From contig RECP01000059.1 of assembly GCA_007693945.1 (NCBI GenBank), positions 4,965-68,964 of the forward strand: a stretch of DNA of 64,000 bases. Direction: 5' to 3'. Positions 25,166 through 34,025 of the stretch are shown in pieces; position 1 is the stretch's first letter; each line of letters starts with the position of its first letter. Source of the stretch: Spirochaetaceae bacterium (GTDB lineage: Bacteria > Spirochaetota > Spirochaetia > DSM-27196 > PWMO01). The translations under genes and the position numbers were made by a program. Below the pieces are notes generated by a model. The model was not told the DNA's origin and did no database searches. It worked only from the letters and a program-made list of their open reading frames with translations.

Positions 25166-25618
25166 ATGACAAAGCGAACCGAACGAGCGGAGGACATGAT
25201 CATCCAGGCTGACGTCCACAGCGTGGTGATTCGCAAGCGCGTGCGCAAGTCAATGGGAGACTTGACACCCCTGGCCGAAAGCCTGCGGAAACACGGCCTG
25301 CTCAACCCCATCGTGATCACGCCGCAACACGAGTTGATTGCCGGGCACCGGCGGCTCGAAGCCGCGCGCCAGCTCGGCTGGGAAACCATCCCGGCGCGCA
25401 TCGTCGATCACAGCGACCAACTGGAACTGATCGAGCTCGAACTCGATGAGAATATCCATCGCAAGAACCTTACTACCGACGAGCTTGCGGACGCCTACGT
25501 GCGCCTGGACAAACTCCGCAATCCGAGCACGCTGCGCAAGCTATGGAACTCAATAGTGACTTTTGTGCGCAAGCTCTTCCGACGACGACCGCGCCGATCA
25601 TCCGTTGGCGGTCCGTGA
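25166..25618 (+). CDS. ParB/Srx N-terminal-domain-only protein with a basic amphipathic C-terminal tail
   Basis: NPIVITPQHELIAGHRRLEAARQLGW is the GxRR arginine patch of ParB-like proteins. ELDENIHRKNLTTDELA resembles ParB box III. There is no HTH or dimerisation domain. The tail is LRKLWNSIVTFVRKLFRRRPRR. The gene starts 29 nt after the PBP1A stop. Confidence 0.7.
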   Translation: MTKRTERAEDMIIQADVHSVVIRKRVRKSMGDLTPLAESLRKHGLLNPIVITPQHELIAGHRRLEAARQLGWETIPARIVDHSDQLELIELELDENIHRKNLTTDELADAYVRLDKLRNPSTLRKLWNSIVTFVRKLFRRRPRRSSVGGP

Positions 25619-25671
25619 GTCGATGTCTCGCTGACCGCAAAGCCGGTCCGGGACGCCGTTTACGGGCGCCT

Positions 25672-27195
25672 TCAGCGACGCAGATCCTCCAGTGACAACC
25701 CGACAATTGCGCCGTCCGCTCCCTGTACAAATACCAGATCGCGGACCGGCACGATATGCGTAAACGGGTCGACCTCTACCGAGGAGCGCTCGAGCAGCGC
25801 CAGACTACCGTTGAACTTGCCGAGATACCAGCCGGCCCCGTCACGCACAATCGCAAAGATCTCACCGCGATCCGGCCGCGGCACCACGATGCTCTCCGGA
25901 AACAGCTCTGCCGACCCGGTCGTTGTCGGCACAAGTGATGCGGAGTCGATACGCATCAGACGCGGGTGGCCACCGTGCTCGGCAATCAGCAGGTGATCGT
26001 TACCCCAGCGCTCGATCCGGCGGCTGGTTATGGTATCGAGCTGTGAACGACGCAGCACGGTTGCCGTTGCGCCATCGATCATCAGCAACTGGCCCAGCGG
26101 CCTGCCGGCACGCATACGGGTCTGGATAAACAGCACCTCACGCACATCCTCTACCAGCGCAACCGGTGCACGCTCCATCACGGTCCGCGTGTCTTCGGCG
26201 ATCTCTTCGCGCCGCTCACGCACCGTTTCCACCCGCCGTTGTACCTCTTCGCGTTCGCGCTCAACGATCTGCTCTCGCTCGACAATCTCCTCCTGGCGCT
26301 CGACAAGCATCCGTTCGCGCTCCTCCAGCTCGCGCTCGCGGCGCTCCGCCTCCGCCGCCTCGATCTCCTCACGCTCGAGCGCTTCGGCCACTGCTTCACG
26401 CTCCGCTTCGAGGCGTTCACGTTCGCGTTCGGCCGCTTCTCGTTCGGATGTGATCTCACGTTGTTCGCGTTCGATGCGCAGTTCATCTTCCTCGATTGAA
26501 CGCTCGACCAGATCGACCATTTCGCGCCGCTCTTCAAGCGCCATATCCGGCCGCGTGCGCAGCTCTTCCACCACGCGTTGGTCGGTCAGCGCCAGCGCGT
26601 CCACGGCTCCGATTACTCCGGGTGCCTCGTACGCGCGCAGCGGCGTAACAAGCCGCGTCCTGCCCGGCCACTCACTGTAACGCGTAGCTATGCCGACGTT
26701 GTCGGCGCTGACGTTGCGGATCACAATCGGTTTGTAGCGCTCCCCAAAGAAATCGATCTCGCCGCGGTAGATTGCATTATAGATGGTGACAAACTCGGCG
26801 ATCAGCCACGCCTGAGCGCTCGAATAGCGGTAGGCTTCCTCGAGGTAAGCAGCCAGTATCCGGCGGATATTGTCAATGTGATCGACACGTGCGCCGTCCA
26901 GTATCACCAGAATGTCGGCATCGAGTCCCTGCCGAACATCGGGATCGACGGCTCGTATGATCTGATAGCGGGCAAAGTAGTCGGCGGTCTCACCCGCGGC
27001 GCGCGGTCCGGCCGCCAGGGCGACACCGATGCCGCGGATAGCTTCAATGGTATCCACGCGCTCATAGGGTCCCTGGTAGTTTTCGAACTCGACCGTGCGG
27101 GTAATCTGGCTCTCGAGCTCCTCCCGGTCAACTTCCAACGCCACCAGCGCCCACGGAACGATCAGCGAAAGCGCAAAGACCGTCAGCTTATTCAT
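25672..27195 (-). CDS. P83/100-family spirochetal protein (secreted, central Glu/Arg-rich helical spacer)
   Basis: The N-terminal third matches my recollection of Borrelia P83/100 (EVD.E.L......EF.NY.GPY, I.N.RRIL..YL, ITIYNA.YRG..D.F, YS.W.G.T....PL). An AAGGAG SD precedes the ATG at 27195. A signal peptide is present. Confidence 0.7.
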   Translation of the reverse strand: MNKLTVFALSLIVPWALVALEVDREELESQITRTVEFENYQGPYERVDTIEAIRGIGVALAAGPRAAGETADYFARYQIIRAVDPDVRQGLDADILVILDGARVDHIDNIRRILAAYLEEAYRYSSAQAWLIAEFVTIYNAIYRGEIDFFGERYKPIVIRNVSADNVGIATRYSEWPGRTRLVTPLRAYEAPGVIGAVDALALTDQRVVEELRTRPDMALEERREMVDLVERSIEEDELRIEREQREITSEREAAERERERLEAEREAVAEALEREEIEAAEAERRERELEERERMLVERQEEIVEREQIVEREREEVQRRVETVRERREEIAEDTRTVMERAPVALVEDVREVLFIQTRMRAGRPLGQLLMIDGATATVLRRSQLDTITSRRIERWGNDHLLIAEHGGHPRLMRIDSASLVPTTTGSAELFPESIVVPRPDRGEIFAIVRDGAGWYLGKFNGSLALLERSSVEVDPFTHIVPVRDLVFVQGADGAIVGLSLEDLRR

Positions 27196-27249
27196 CTGCC
27201 TCTCCTTGGTCACTGAGTATACCCCGTGCCGCCGAGCTTTACTACTCGA

Positions 27250-28980
27250 TTACCGCGCTACGCGCCTCAGATACTGCGCCGCGGCGTCTCGTACGTCACG
27301 TGAAAAACGCGCTTCGGCGCTCATCCATCGCAGTGTCTCGACGGCCCGCTCACGCGGGCGGCCGCCGTTGAACTGCGCGATGCTGTAGAGTGCCCCGGCG
27401 GCGGCCCGTGCCTCGCGGTCGCCGGCATCGGGGTGGCGCACTACCCGTTCGATCGCCGCGCTTGCCTCTCGGTCGGGATCGGCGGCGATGTCTCCCAAAG
27501 CCTCGATCAGTGCCACGCGCATCGTGTTGCTGCGTTCGGCTACCAGTATGCGGGCCAGACGAGCGGCAAACCCGCCATCGACAATCTGCGCCAGAGTCTG
27601 GACGGCGCGCTGCCGCTCCTGCTCGAGTGCGCCCGGCGAGACCTCGCCGCCAACCGCGCGCGGCGCCTGAACCAGAGCCAGCAGCAGTTCGGGCAGATAG
27701 GCGTATGCGCCGCCCATACGGCCGCTCGTGACGCGTTGTTCGATATCACGCAGGGCTCGTTCACGGTCAGCGGCAAACTCCGAACGCACCAATCGATCGA
27801 GGTAGATGAAATCGAGAGTGTCGCGATAGTCGGTCACGGACCGATATCCGCGCGCCACCCCATCGGCGCGGACGTCACCACGTCGGTTGGCCCATTCACC
27901 CAGAACGCCGTCATACTGTCGCGCGGGCGCCGGAGCGGGCTCTAGCTCTACCAGGTCGACCACCCAGTCCCGCCCTCCGATCATCAGCCGGCCGGCAGGC
28001 GTCAATGCAGCGTAACCGTACGGATTGCCGCGCACACCGGTCTGTTGCGTGAGCACACGTCCGCGACTGTCGAGCGCCAGCAGGCGTCCGTCGGCCGTGA
28101 CCAGATAGGCGGTTCCATCGCCGGCCAGCGCGGCGGCGGTTACGCCGCCGCCCGGTGGCCGCGCCGTCCATTGCACTGTGCCGTCGGAGCCCACACGAGC
28201 CACGGCCCCGTCGCGAGCCACTACCAGCACGTCTCCCGCGCCGTCGACGTGCACCGATATGATTGCGGCGCGCAATACGGCTGCGCGCCAGCGCAGCGCC
28301 CCGGAGCGATCAATGGCCAGCAGGGCACCGTTGCTGTCGCCGGCCAGTACACCGCCTGTGACCGTGGCAGCCAGGCTCTCGATGGGCAAACCGTGATCAT
28401 GGGTCCAAACGCGCTGCCCGCGCGAGTCGAACGCTGCCAGTGTGCCGTTCTCTGCGGCGGTCACCAGGTTGCCGGTACCGCTGAGCACCGGGTCGGCGGT
28501 CAGCCGGTGCGGCAGCTGGTGGCTCCACAGGAAACCGCCGCGCGGTGTGCGCGCAGTTATCTCTCCTTCGCGGAAGACGGTGTAGACCGCCCCGCCGGGC
28601 ACCGGTACTACGGCCAACGGCGCCCCTGAACCCGTCACGGCCCAGCGCGCGCGACCGCCGGGAGTCACCGCCACAACCCCGTTAGGGCGTATACCGATGT
28701 AAACAACCCCGTCGCGCCCGATCGCCGGACCGGTCAGCGGAATACGGCGCAGATCGAAGCGCCATTGCAGCACACCGCCGGCATCAAACGAGTAGAGCCA
28801 GCGATCCTCGGCGGCAAAGATCACCCTGCCGTCGCGCGAGTAGGCCGGCGTGCCCGACAGTTCTCCGCCCGGGACTACACTCCAGACAACCCCTGGCGAA
28901 TCCGCAGTCACGGCGCGGCACAGCAGTCCCAGCAGAACGGCGGCGAAAAGTCTTACTCTGAAAACAGCCGTACAACTCAT
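27250..28980 (-). CDS. secreted PQQ-like beta-propeller repeat protein with a C-terminal HEAT/ARM-like helical region
   Basis: A signal peptide is followed by repeated G..Y......G.L.A.D..G...W units typical of PQQ/BamB-like propellers. The last roughly 200 aa are helical, with HEAT-like spacing. Confidence 0.6.
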   Translation of the reverse strand: MSCTAVFRVRLFAAVLLGLLCRAVTADSPGVVWSVVPGGELSGTPAYSRDGRVIFAAEDRWLYSFDAGGVLQWRFDLRRIPLTGPAIGRDGVVYIGIRPNGVVAVTPGGRARWAVTGSGAPLAVVPVPGGAVYTVFREGEITARTPRGGFLWSHQLPHRLTADPVLSGTGNLVTAAENGTLAAFDSRGQRVWTHDHGLPIESLAATVTGGVLAGDSNGALLAIDRSGALRWRAAVLRAAIISVHVDGAGDVLVVARDGAVARVGSDGTVQWTARPPGGGVTAAALAGDGTAYLVTADGRLLALDSRGRVLTQQTGVRGNPYGYAALTPAGRLMIGGRDWVVDLVELEPAPAPARQYDGVLGEWANRRGDVRADGVARGYRSVTDYRDTLDFIYLDRLVRSEFAADRERALRDIEQRVTSGRMGGAYAYLPELLLALVQAPRAVGGEVSPGALEQERQRAVQTLAQIVDGGFAARLARILVAERSNTMRVALIEALGDIAADPDREASAAIERVVRHPDAGDREARAAAGALYSIAQFNGGRPRERAVETLRWMSAEARFSRDVRDAAAQYLRRVAR

Positions 28981-28984
28981 ACAA

Positions 28985-29011
28985 ACTTTTGACTGTCATT
29001 GTACCAAAAGT
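28985..29011. promoter_or_regulatory. 7-bp perfect inverted repeat in the divergent intergenic region upstream of rex (candidate operator)
   Basis: ACTTTTG (28985-28991), a 13 nt spacer, then CAAAAGT (29005-29011). It is not a convincing match to the TTGTGAA-N6-TTCACAA Rex box. Confidence 0.25.
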
Positions 29012-29096
29012 CTTTGAAGTGCGTTATACTCGTTTGCTGATACCCAACCGAGAAATCTGGCGCGGATTTCCTGCCATCGCTACGGAGGACCAGCTG

Positions 29097-29741
29097 ATGA
29101 GCAAGCCCAAACTGGCAAGTCAACCCACGATTAAACGGCTACCATCCTACCTTCATGTCATCGAAAACGCGCAGCAGGAAGGCAAGGAGTTCATCTCAGG
29201 CACGGTCATAGCGGAAGAACTGGGGCTTGAACCGATACAGGTGCGCAAGGATCTGGCGGTTACCGGCATTGTCGGTAAACCACGGATCGGGTTTCCGGTT
29301 GACAATCTGATCAAAGCGATCTACCGCTTCCTGCGATGGGATCAGGATAATCGTGCCATCGTGGTAGGGGCCGGCAATCTGGGCACGGCCCTGATGGGGT
29401 ATCGTGAGTTCAACCGCCGCGGTTTACGCATTGTGGCGGCATTCGATCCGGACAAGCGCAAGATCGGCAAGCAATTCCATGACACCGAGGTGTTTGCCCT
29501 GGGCCAGATGGCCGCTAAACTGAAGCAACTGAATGCCGCGATAGCCATTCTGACTGTTCCATCCAGTCACGCCCAGGCAGTCGCGGATCTGCTGGTCAAG
29601 TGCGGCATCCGCGCCATCTGGAACTTTACCAACGTCAAGATCAGGGTGCCGGATACGGTGACCGTTCAGAAAGAGGACCTCTCCTCGGGCTACGCCGTTC
29701 TGTCGGTCCGGATGAATCTTCCGGCACTGGTGAGCAAGTAG
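29097..29741 (+). CDS. rex: redox-sensing transcriptional repressor Rex
   Basis: The N-terminal winged helix carries KRLPSYLH. The Rossmann motif is AIVVGAGNLGTALMGY. A GGAGG SD precedes the ATG at 29097. 214 aa. Confidence 0.9.
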   Translation: MSKPKLASQPTIKRLPSYLHVIENAQQEGKEFISGTVIAEELGLEPIQVRKDLAVTGIVGKPRIGFPVDNLIKAIYRFLRWDQDNRAIVVGAGNLGTALMGYREFNRRGLRIVAAFDPDKRKIGKQFHDTEVFALGQMAAKLKQLNAAIAILTVPSSHAQAVADLLVKCGIRAIWNFTNVKIRVPDTVTVQKEDLSSGYAVLSVRMNLPALVSK

Positions 29742-29751
29742 CCGTATTCGA

Positions 29752-30729
29752 ATGACCGGCGTTACCGAAGACAGAATCGCCTACCACAGTGAGCTGCTGC
29801 GCAATCGGCTGGTAAAGCGCAGCAAGCATCTGCATAAGTGGGCGCGCAGGAACAACATAACCTGTTATCGCGTCTACGACAGAGATATTCCGGAGATACC
29901 GATCTGCATCGATCTCTACGAACGCTACCTGCACATCAACGAGTTTCCCGGCGCCAAGGAACTGCGCGCCTCTGACGGCCCCGCATGGAGCGCAGCGATG
30001 CTCGACGTTGCCGCGAGCAGCATCGGTATCCATCGGGATCACGTCTTCTGGAAGCGGCGGGAGCCGCAGAAGGGCAAAGCCCAGTACCAGAAACTGGCTA
30101 CCAGCGGTCAACGCATTCCCGTCCACGAAGGCGGCTACACTCTGCTGGTCAACCTCGCCGACTACGTCGACACCGGTCTGTTCCTCGACCACCGTGACAC
30201 GCGCGCCATAGTCGGAACGTTATGCGGCGGCGCGCGCTTTTTGAATCTGTACTCCTACACCGGATCCTTCACGGTCTACGCCGCCGGTGGGGGTGCGCGC
30301 AGCACCACCTCGGTTGATCTGTCCAACACCTACAACGAGTGGGCCCGTCAGAATCTGGCCGTCAACGGCCTCGGCGGGTCGCTGCATCGTTTTGAGCGCC
30401 AGGACGTGATTCGCTTCCTGGACCATGCCCAGGCCCGCGGCGAGCGTTATGACTGTATCGTGCTCGATCCGCCGACCTTCTCCAACAGTAAAAAGATGGA
30501 AGGCGTACTCGATGTGCAGCGCGATCATCCGCGCTTGATCGAGCAGTGCGTGGCGCTGCTGTCCAGGCGCGGCATACTCTTCTTCTCGACCAGCTATCGG
30601 GGGTTCAAATGGAACGTCTCACCACAGCAGCAGTTGCAGGTGCAGGAGATTACCGGCGATACGGTAGGCGAGGATTTCCGCAAGCGGCGTCCACACCGGG
30701 TCTGGATGCTGCGCCGCACGGACGCCTGA
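29752..30729 (+). CDS. SAM-dependent 23S rRNA methyltransferase, standalone RlmK-like (C-terminal half of E. coli RlmKL)
   Basis: It is collinear with the RlmK half as I remember it: VNLADYVDTGLFLDHRDTR, FLNLYSYTGSFTVYAAGGGARSTTSVDLSNTY, LDPPTFSNSKKMEGVLDVQRDH. There is no THUMP/RlmL part. Confidence 0.8.
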   Translation: MTGVTEDRIAYHSELLRNRLVKRSKHLHKWARRNNITCYRVYDRDIPEIPICIDLYERYLHINEFPGAKELRASDGPAWSAAMLDVAASSIGIHRDHVFWKRREPQKGKAQYQKLATSGQRIPVHEGGYTLLVNLADYVDTGLFLDHRDTRAIVGTLCGGARFLNLYSYTGSFTVYAAGGGARSTTSVDLSNTYNEWARQNLAVNGLGGSLHRFERQDVIRFLDHAQARGERYDCIVLDPPTFSNSKKMEGVLDVQRDHPRLIEQCVALLSRRGILFFSTSYRGFKWNVSPQQQLQVQEITGDTVGEDFRKRRPHRVWMLRRTDA

Positions 30730-30749
30730 ACGCACCGCGGCAGAAACTG

Positions 30750-31364
30750 ATGCCCGAACTGCCTCCGAAGCGGCTGCGCGGCCTGATTCGTCACCAGGTG
30801 ACGGCTGCCGTAATCGTGCTGGTTGTGAGCGGCTGCAGCCTCTTCCAGCCGGCGCCGGTTGCCGTGGAGCCGCGGCCGCAGCCGCGGCCGACCGTGCCGC
30901 AACCGCCGGCGCCGGAGGAACCGGCGGCACCCGAAGCGACGCAGCGGCCGGGACGAGCCGAGGCGGAAGCGGTGCTCTCGGGACTGCCCGCGCGCGAATT
31001 GGCGTTCATGCTGGAGTTCCGGGAGCGTGTGCAGAAAGGCGACTGGGAATGGGTGCTCGAGCACGCTGAGGAGCAGCATTATGCCGAGCTGGTCCGGCGC
31101 ACCGGAATGGATCTGGAGAGTTATCTCACCTTTCTGTTACGAATGGGTGAATCGTTTGATCGGCGCATCCGGCGCGACGATTCCGAACCGGGCTACTTCT
31201 CACCCTACGATGCGGTTGAGGTTGTCTACACCGACCACCGTCGCGAGCATTTTGGTACCGTTGTGGAGGGGCTCTTCTATAACCGCGCCCAACGCTCGAT
31301 TGACTTCACCGTGACGCTGCTTGGAGAACTGGTCGAAATCCGCCTGACCGGCGCGTACTACTGA
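30750..31364 (+). CDS. lipoprotein of unknown function with a Pro-rich linker
   Basis: The ATG at 30750 gives MPELPPKRLRGLIRHQVTAAVIVLVVSGCS (lipobox VSGC), followed by a PxP-rich spacer and a roughly 130-aa globular part with no recognised motif. Confidence 0.5.
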   Translation: MPELPPKRLRGLIRHQVTAAVIVLVVSGCSLFQPAPVAVEPRPQPRPTVPQPPAPEEPAAPEATQRPGRAEAEAVLSGLPARELAFMLEFRERVQKGDWEWVLEHAEEQHYAELVRRTGMDLESYLTFLLRMGESFDRRIRRDDSEPGYFSPYDAVEVVYTDHRREHFGTVVEGLFYNRAQRSIDFTVTLLGELVEIRLTGAYY

Positions 31365-31419
31365 CCGCGGATTACCTTTGAGAGCGGGCGGCTGTCGGGG
31401 CGGCGACGGCAGAAAAGCA

Positions 31420-32676
31420 TCAGCGGTCACGCACCAGTCTGACCCGAAAATGGCGTTTCCTGCCGGCACGCAACAGCAGCTCGTCGCCGGCAAACGACTC
31501 CGCGGTGACCGCTTCATCGATGCTCTCAACCACGCGGTCGTTGATGCGAGCACCTTTCTGCGTGATCAGGCGACGCGCTTCGGCCTTGGAGGAGCACAAA
31601 TCGGTCAGGCTGAACAGCTCGACGGCGGTCATGCCGTCCCTGATTGCGGAGAGTGCCACGCTGGTTTCCGGAATTGCCGAGCGGGCCTCTGCGCCGGCAA
31701 CGGCTCCGCCGTTGGCTCCGAATGCGGCACGCGCCGCCTGCAGCGACGTGTCGGCTTCCGCCTGGCCGTGAACCATGCGCGTCAGCTCGAGTGCCAGACG
31801 CTCCTTGGCGCGGTTGATCTGCTGATCGCGCAGGTTACCGAGTTCCTCCACCTCGGCGGCGTCCACAAAGGTGTATAAGTAGAGAAACTTCCGGACGTCG
31901 GCGTCCGGAACGTTGCGCCAGTACTGGAAGAACTCGTACGGCGAGACCATCGCGGGATCGAGAAAGACCGCTCCCTGCTCAGTCTTGCCCATCTTCTGTC
32001 CGTCAGCACGCGTTACCAGCGGAAACGTCAGTCCCCAGGCGTCGGTTGCATACATGCGCCTGATCAGATCAGCACCCGATACGATGTTTCCCCACTGATC
32101 ATCACCGCCGATCTGCAGACGGCAGTTGTACTGCTGATTGAGAACCGCGAAGTCATACGACTGCAGCAGCTGGTAGTTGAACTCGATAAACGAGAGTCCG
32201 GTCTCGAGCCGCTTCCGGTAGGTCTCAAACGAGAGCATCCGGTTGACGGAAAAATGGCGTCCGATATCACGCAGGAACTCGATATACTTCAGATCGGCCA
32301 GCCAGTCGGCGTTATTGACAATCGACGCCCTGGTGCCCTGCGTCTCCAGGAAACGCTCGACCTGACGTTGGATACTGCGGGCGTTACGGGCGATGTCCTC
32401 GATGCTTAGCATCCTGCGCATTTCGGTCTTGCCCGACGGATCACCGATGCGGGCCGTGCCGGCGCCGATGAGCGCAATGGGGTTATGCCCGGCGCGCGCC
32501 AGATGCACCATCGCAAACAGCGGGACCAGATGCCCGGCGTGCAGACTGGGACCGGTTGGATCGAGCCCGACGTAGAACGTGACCGGCCCGGCGTCCATGG
32601 CCGCCTGCAGTGCCTGACGATCGGTGCACTGCTGCAGGAATCCGCGCTGCTCGAGAACCGCCAGAGCCTGGTTCAT
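31420..32676 (-). CDS. tyrS: tyrosine--tRNA ligase
   Basis: HIGH-type motif LHAGHL, KMSKS-type motif KMGKT, and a C-terminal S4-like domain. There is an ATGA overlap with the glyQS stop. Confidence 0.92.
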   Translation of the reverse strand: MNQALAVLEQRGFLQQCTDRQALQAAMDAGPVTFYVGLDPTGPSLHAGHLVPLFAMVHLARAGHNPIALIGAGTARIGDPSGKTEMRRMLSIEDIARNARSIQRQVERFLETQGTRASIVNNADWLADLKYIEFLRDIGRHFSVNRMLSFETYRKRLETGLSFIEFNYQLLQSYDFAVLNQQYNCRLQIGGDDQWGNIVSGADLIRRMYATDAWGLTFPLVTRADGQKMGKTEQGAVFLDPAMVSPYEFFQYWRNVPDADVRKFLYLYTFVDAAEVEELGNLRDQQINRAKERLALELTRMVHGQAEADTSLQAARAAFGANGGAVAGAEARSAIPETSVALSAIRDGMTAVELFSLTDLCSSKAEARRLITQKGARINDRVVESIDEAVTAESFAGDELLLRAGRKRHFRVRLVRDR

Positions 32677-34025
32677 GTGCCGGTCCTCTTGTACTCCGTA
32701 ATGGCCTGCTTGATGCGCGCGGCAAGTTCGGCCACCGGGACACGCTGCTGCGCCATTGAATCGCGCTCACGCAGCGTGACGGTGTTGTTCTCCCTGGTTT
32801 GGTAGTCAATGGTGACGCAGAACGGGGTGCCGACCTCATCCTGGCGGCGATAGCGCCGCCCAATCGCCCCGCTCTGATCGTAGAACGTCGTGAAATCGGC
32901 TCGCAGATCGCGTTCGATGTCGCGCGCCAGCTCCGCGAGCCCGTCCTTCTTCACCAGCGGGAAGACACCTACGGTGATCGGAGCCAGCTCCGGGTGGAAG
33001 CGCAGAACCGTGCGCACGTCGCCCTCGGCGATGGTTTCCTCTTCGTAGGCGTCCGACAGCACCATCAGCACACTGCGTGTCAGCCCGGCCGATGTCTCGA
33101 TGATATACGGCAGATAGCGTTCTCGGGTGGCGTCTTCCAGGTAGGTCAGGTCCTTACCCGAGTATTCCGAGTGGCGTCTCAGGTCAAAGTCGGTACGATT
33201 GTGAATGCCTTCCAGCTCCTGCCAGCCGAACGGGAACAAGAACTGAATATCGAAGGCGTCTTTGGCATAATGCGCCAGCTCATCCGGACCGTGCCGGTGA
33301 AATCGCAGACGATCGACGCGCACGCCCATGCGGCGGTAGGACTGCATGCGTTCTTCTTTCCAGTATTCAAACCACTTCTCGTCTTCGCTGGGGTGGACGA
33401 AGAACTGCATTTCCATCTGTTCGAACTCGCAGGTTCGAAATATGAAGTTCTTGGTGACGATCTCATTGCGGAACGCCTTGCCCACCTGGGCAATCCCGAA
33501 CGGAATACGCACGCGCGAAGTCTGCAGCACGTTCTTGTAGTTGACGTAGATCCCCTGTGCGGTCTCCGGCCGCAGGTAGACTACCGAACTGGACTCCTGG
33601 ACCGGCCCCAGATGGGTTTTGAACATCAGGTTGAACTCTTTGGGCTGTGACAGCGGGTTGCCGGCCGGACTGACCATCTGCTCGCGATTCTGCTCGGGCA
33701 AGTGATCCCAACGAAAACGCTCGTTGGTCACCGTATCCTCCACCATCAGATCGGCAAAGCTCTCCACATGTCCCGAAGCTTCCCACACGCGGGGATGCAT
33801 CATGATCGCCGCGTCGAGACCGACAATATCGTCGTGCAACTGCGTCATCTCGCGCCACCAGAAACGCTGAATGCGGTTCTTAAGTTCCACCCCCAACGGG
33901 CCGTAATCCCAGGCCGATGCCAGACCGCCGTATATGTCAGATGAAGCGAAAACAAATCCGCGCCGCTTGCACAACGAAACCAGGTTCTCCATCGTCTGAG
34001 GGTTGACTACTGTCTGCTCACTCAT
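32673..34025 (-). CDS. glyQS: glycine--tRNA ligase (dimeric class II, GlyQS type)
   Basis: LCKRRGFVFASSDIYGGLASAWDYGPLG and the class II motifs are present throughout. The ATG at 34025 has an AAGGTGG SD. It overlaps the gltX stop by 8 nt. Confidence 0.92.
   Translation of the reverse strand: MSEQTVVNPQTMENLVSLCKRRGFVFASSDIYGGLASAWDYGPLGVELKNRIQRFWWREMTQLHDDIVGLDAAIMMHPRVWEASGHVESFADLMVEDTVTNERFRWDHLPEQNREQMVSPAGNPLSQPKEFNLMFKTHLGPVQESSSVVYLRPETAQGIYVNYKNVLQTSRVRIPFGIAQVGKAFRNEIVTKNFIFRTCEFEQMEMQFFVHPSEDEKWFEYWKEERMQSYRRMGVRVDRLRFHRHGPDELAHYAKDAFDIQFLFPFGWQELEGIHNRTDFDLRRHSEYSGKDLTYLEDATRERYLPYIIETSAGLTRSVLMVLSDAYEEETIAEGDVRTVLRFHPELAPITVGVFPLVKKDGLAELARDIERDLRADFTTFYDQSGAIGRRYRRQDEVGTPFCVTIDYQTRENNTVTLRERDSMAQQRVPVAELAARIKQAITEYKRTGT

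Noticed and set aside
26030-26680. A 216-aa Ser/Arg-rich plus-strand ORF, and several other ORFs, inside the P83/100 gene.
   Set aside because: They are by-products of the low-complexity GAG/CGC-rich DNA that encodes the Glu/Arg helix.
30546-30749. A 68-codon upstream extension of the lipoprotein ORF that overlaps the end of the RlmK-like gene.
   Set aside because: The Met at 30750 gives a proper signal peptide with a lipobox. The extension overlaps the well-supported methyltransferase C-terminus in another frame.
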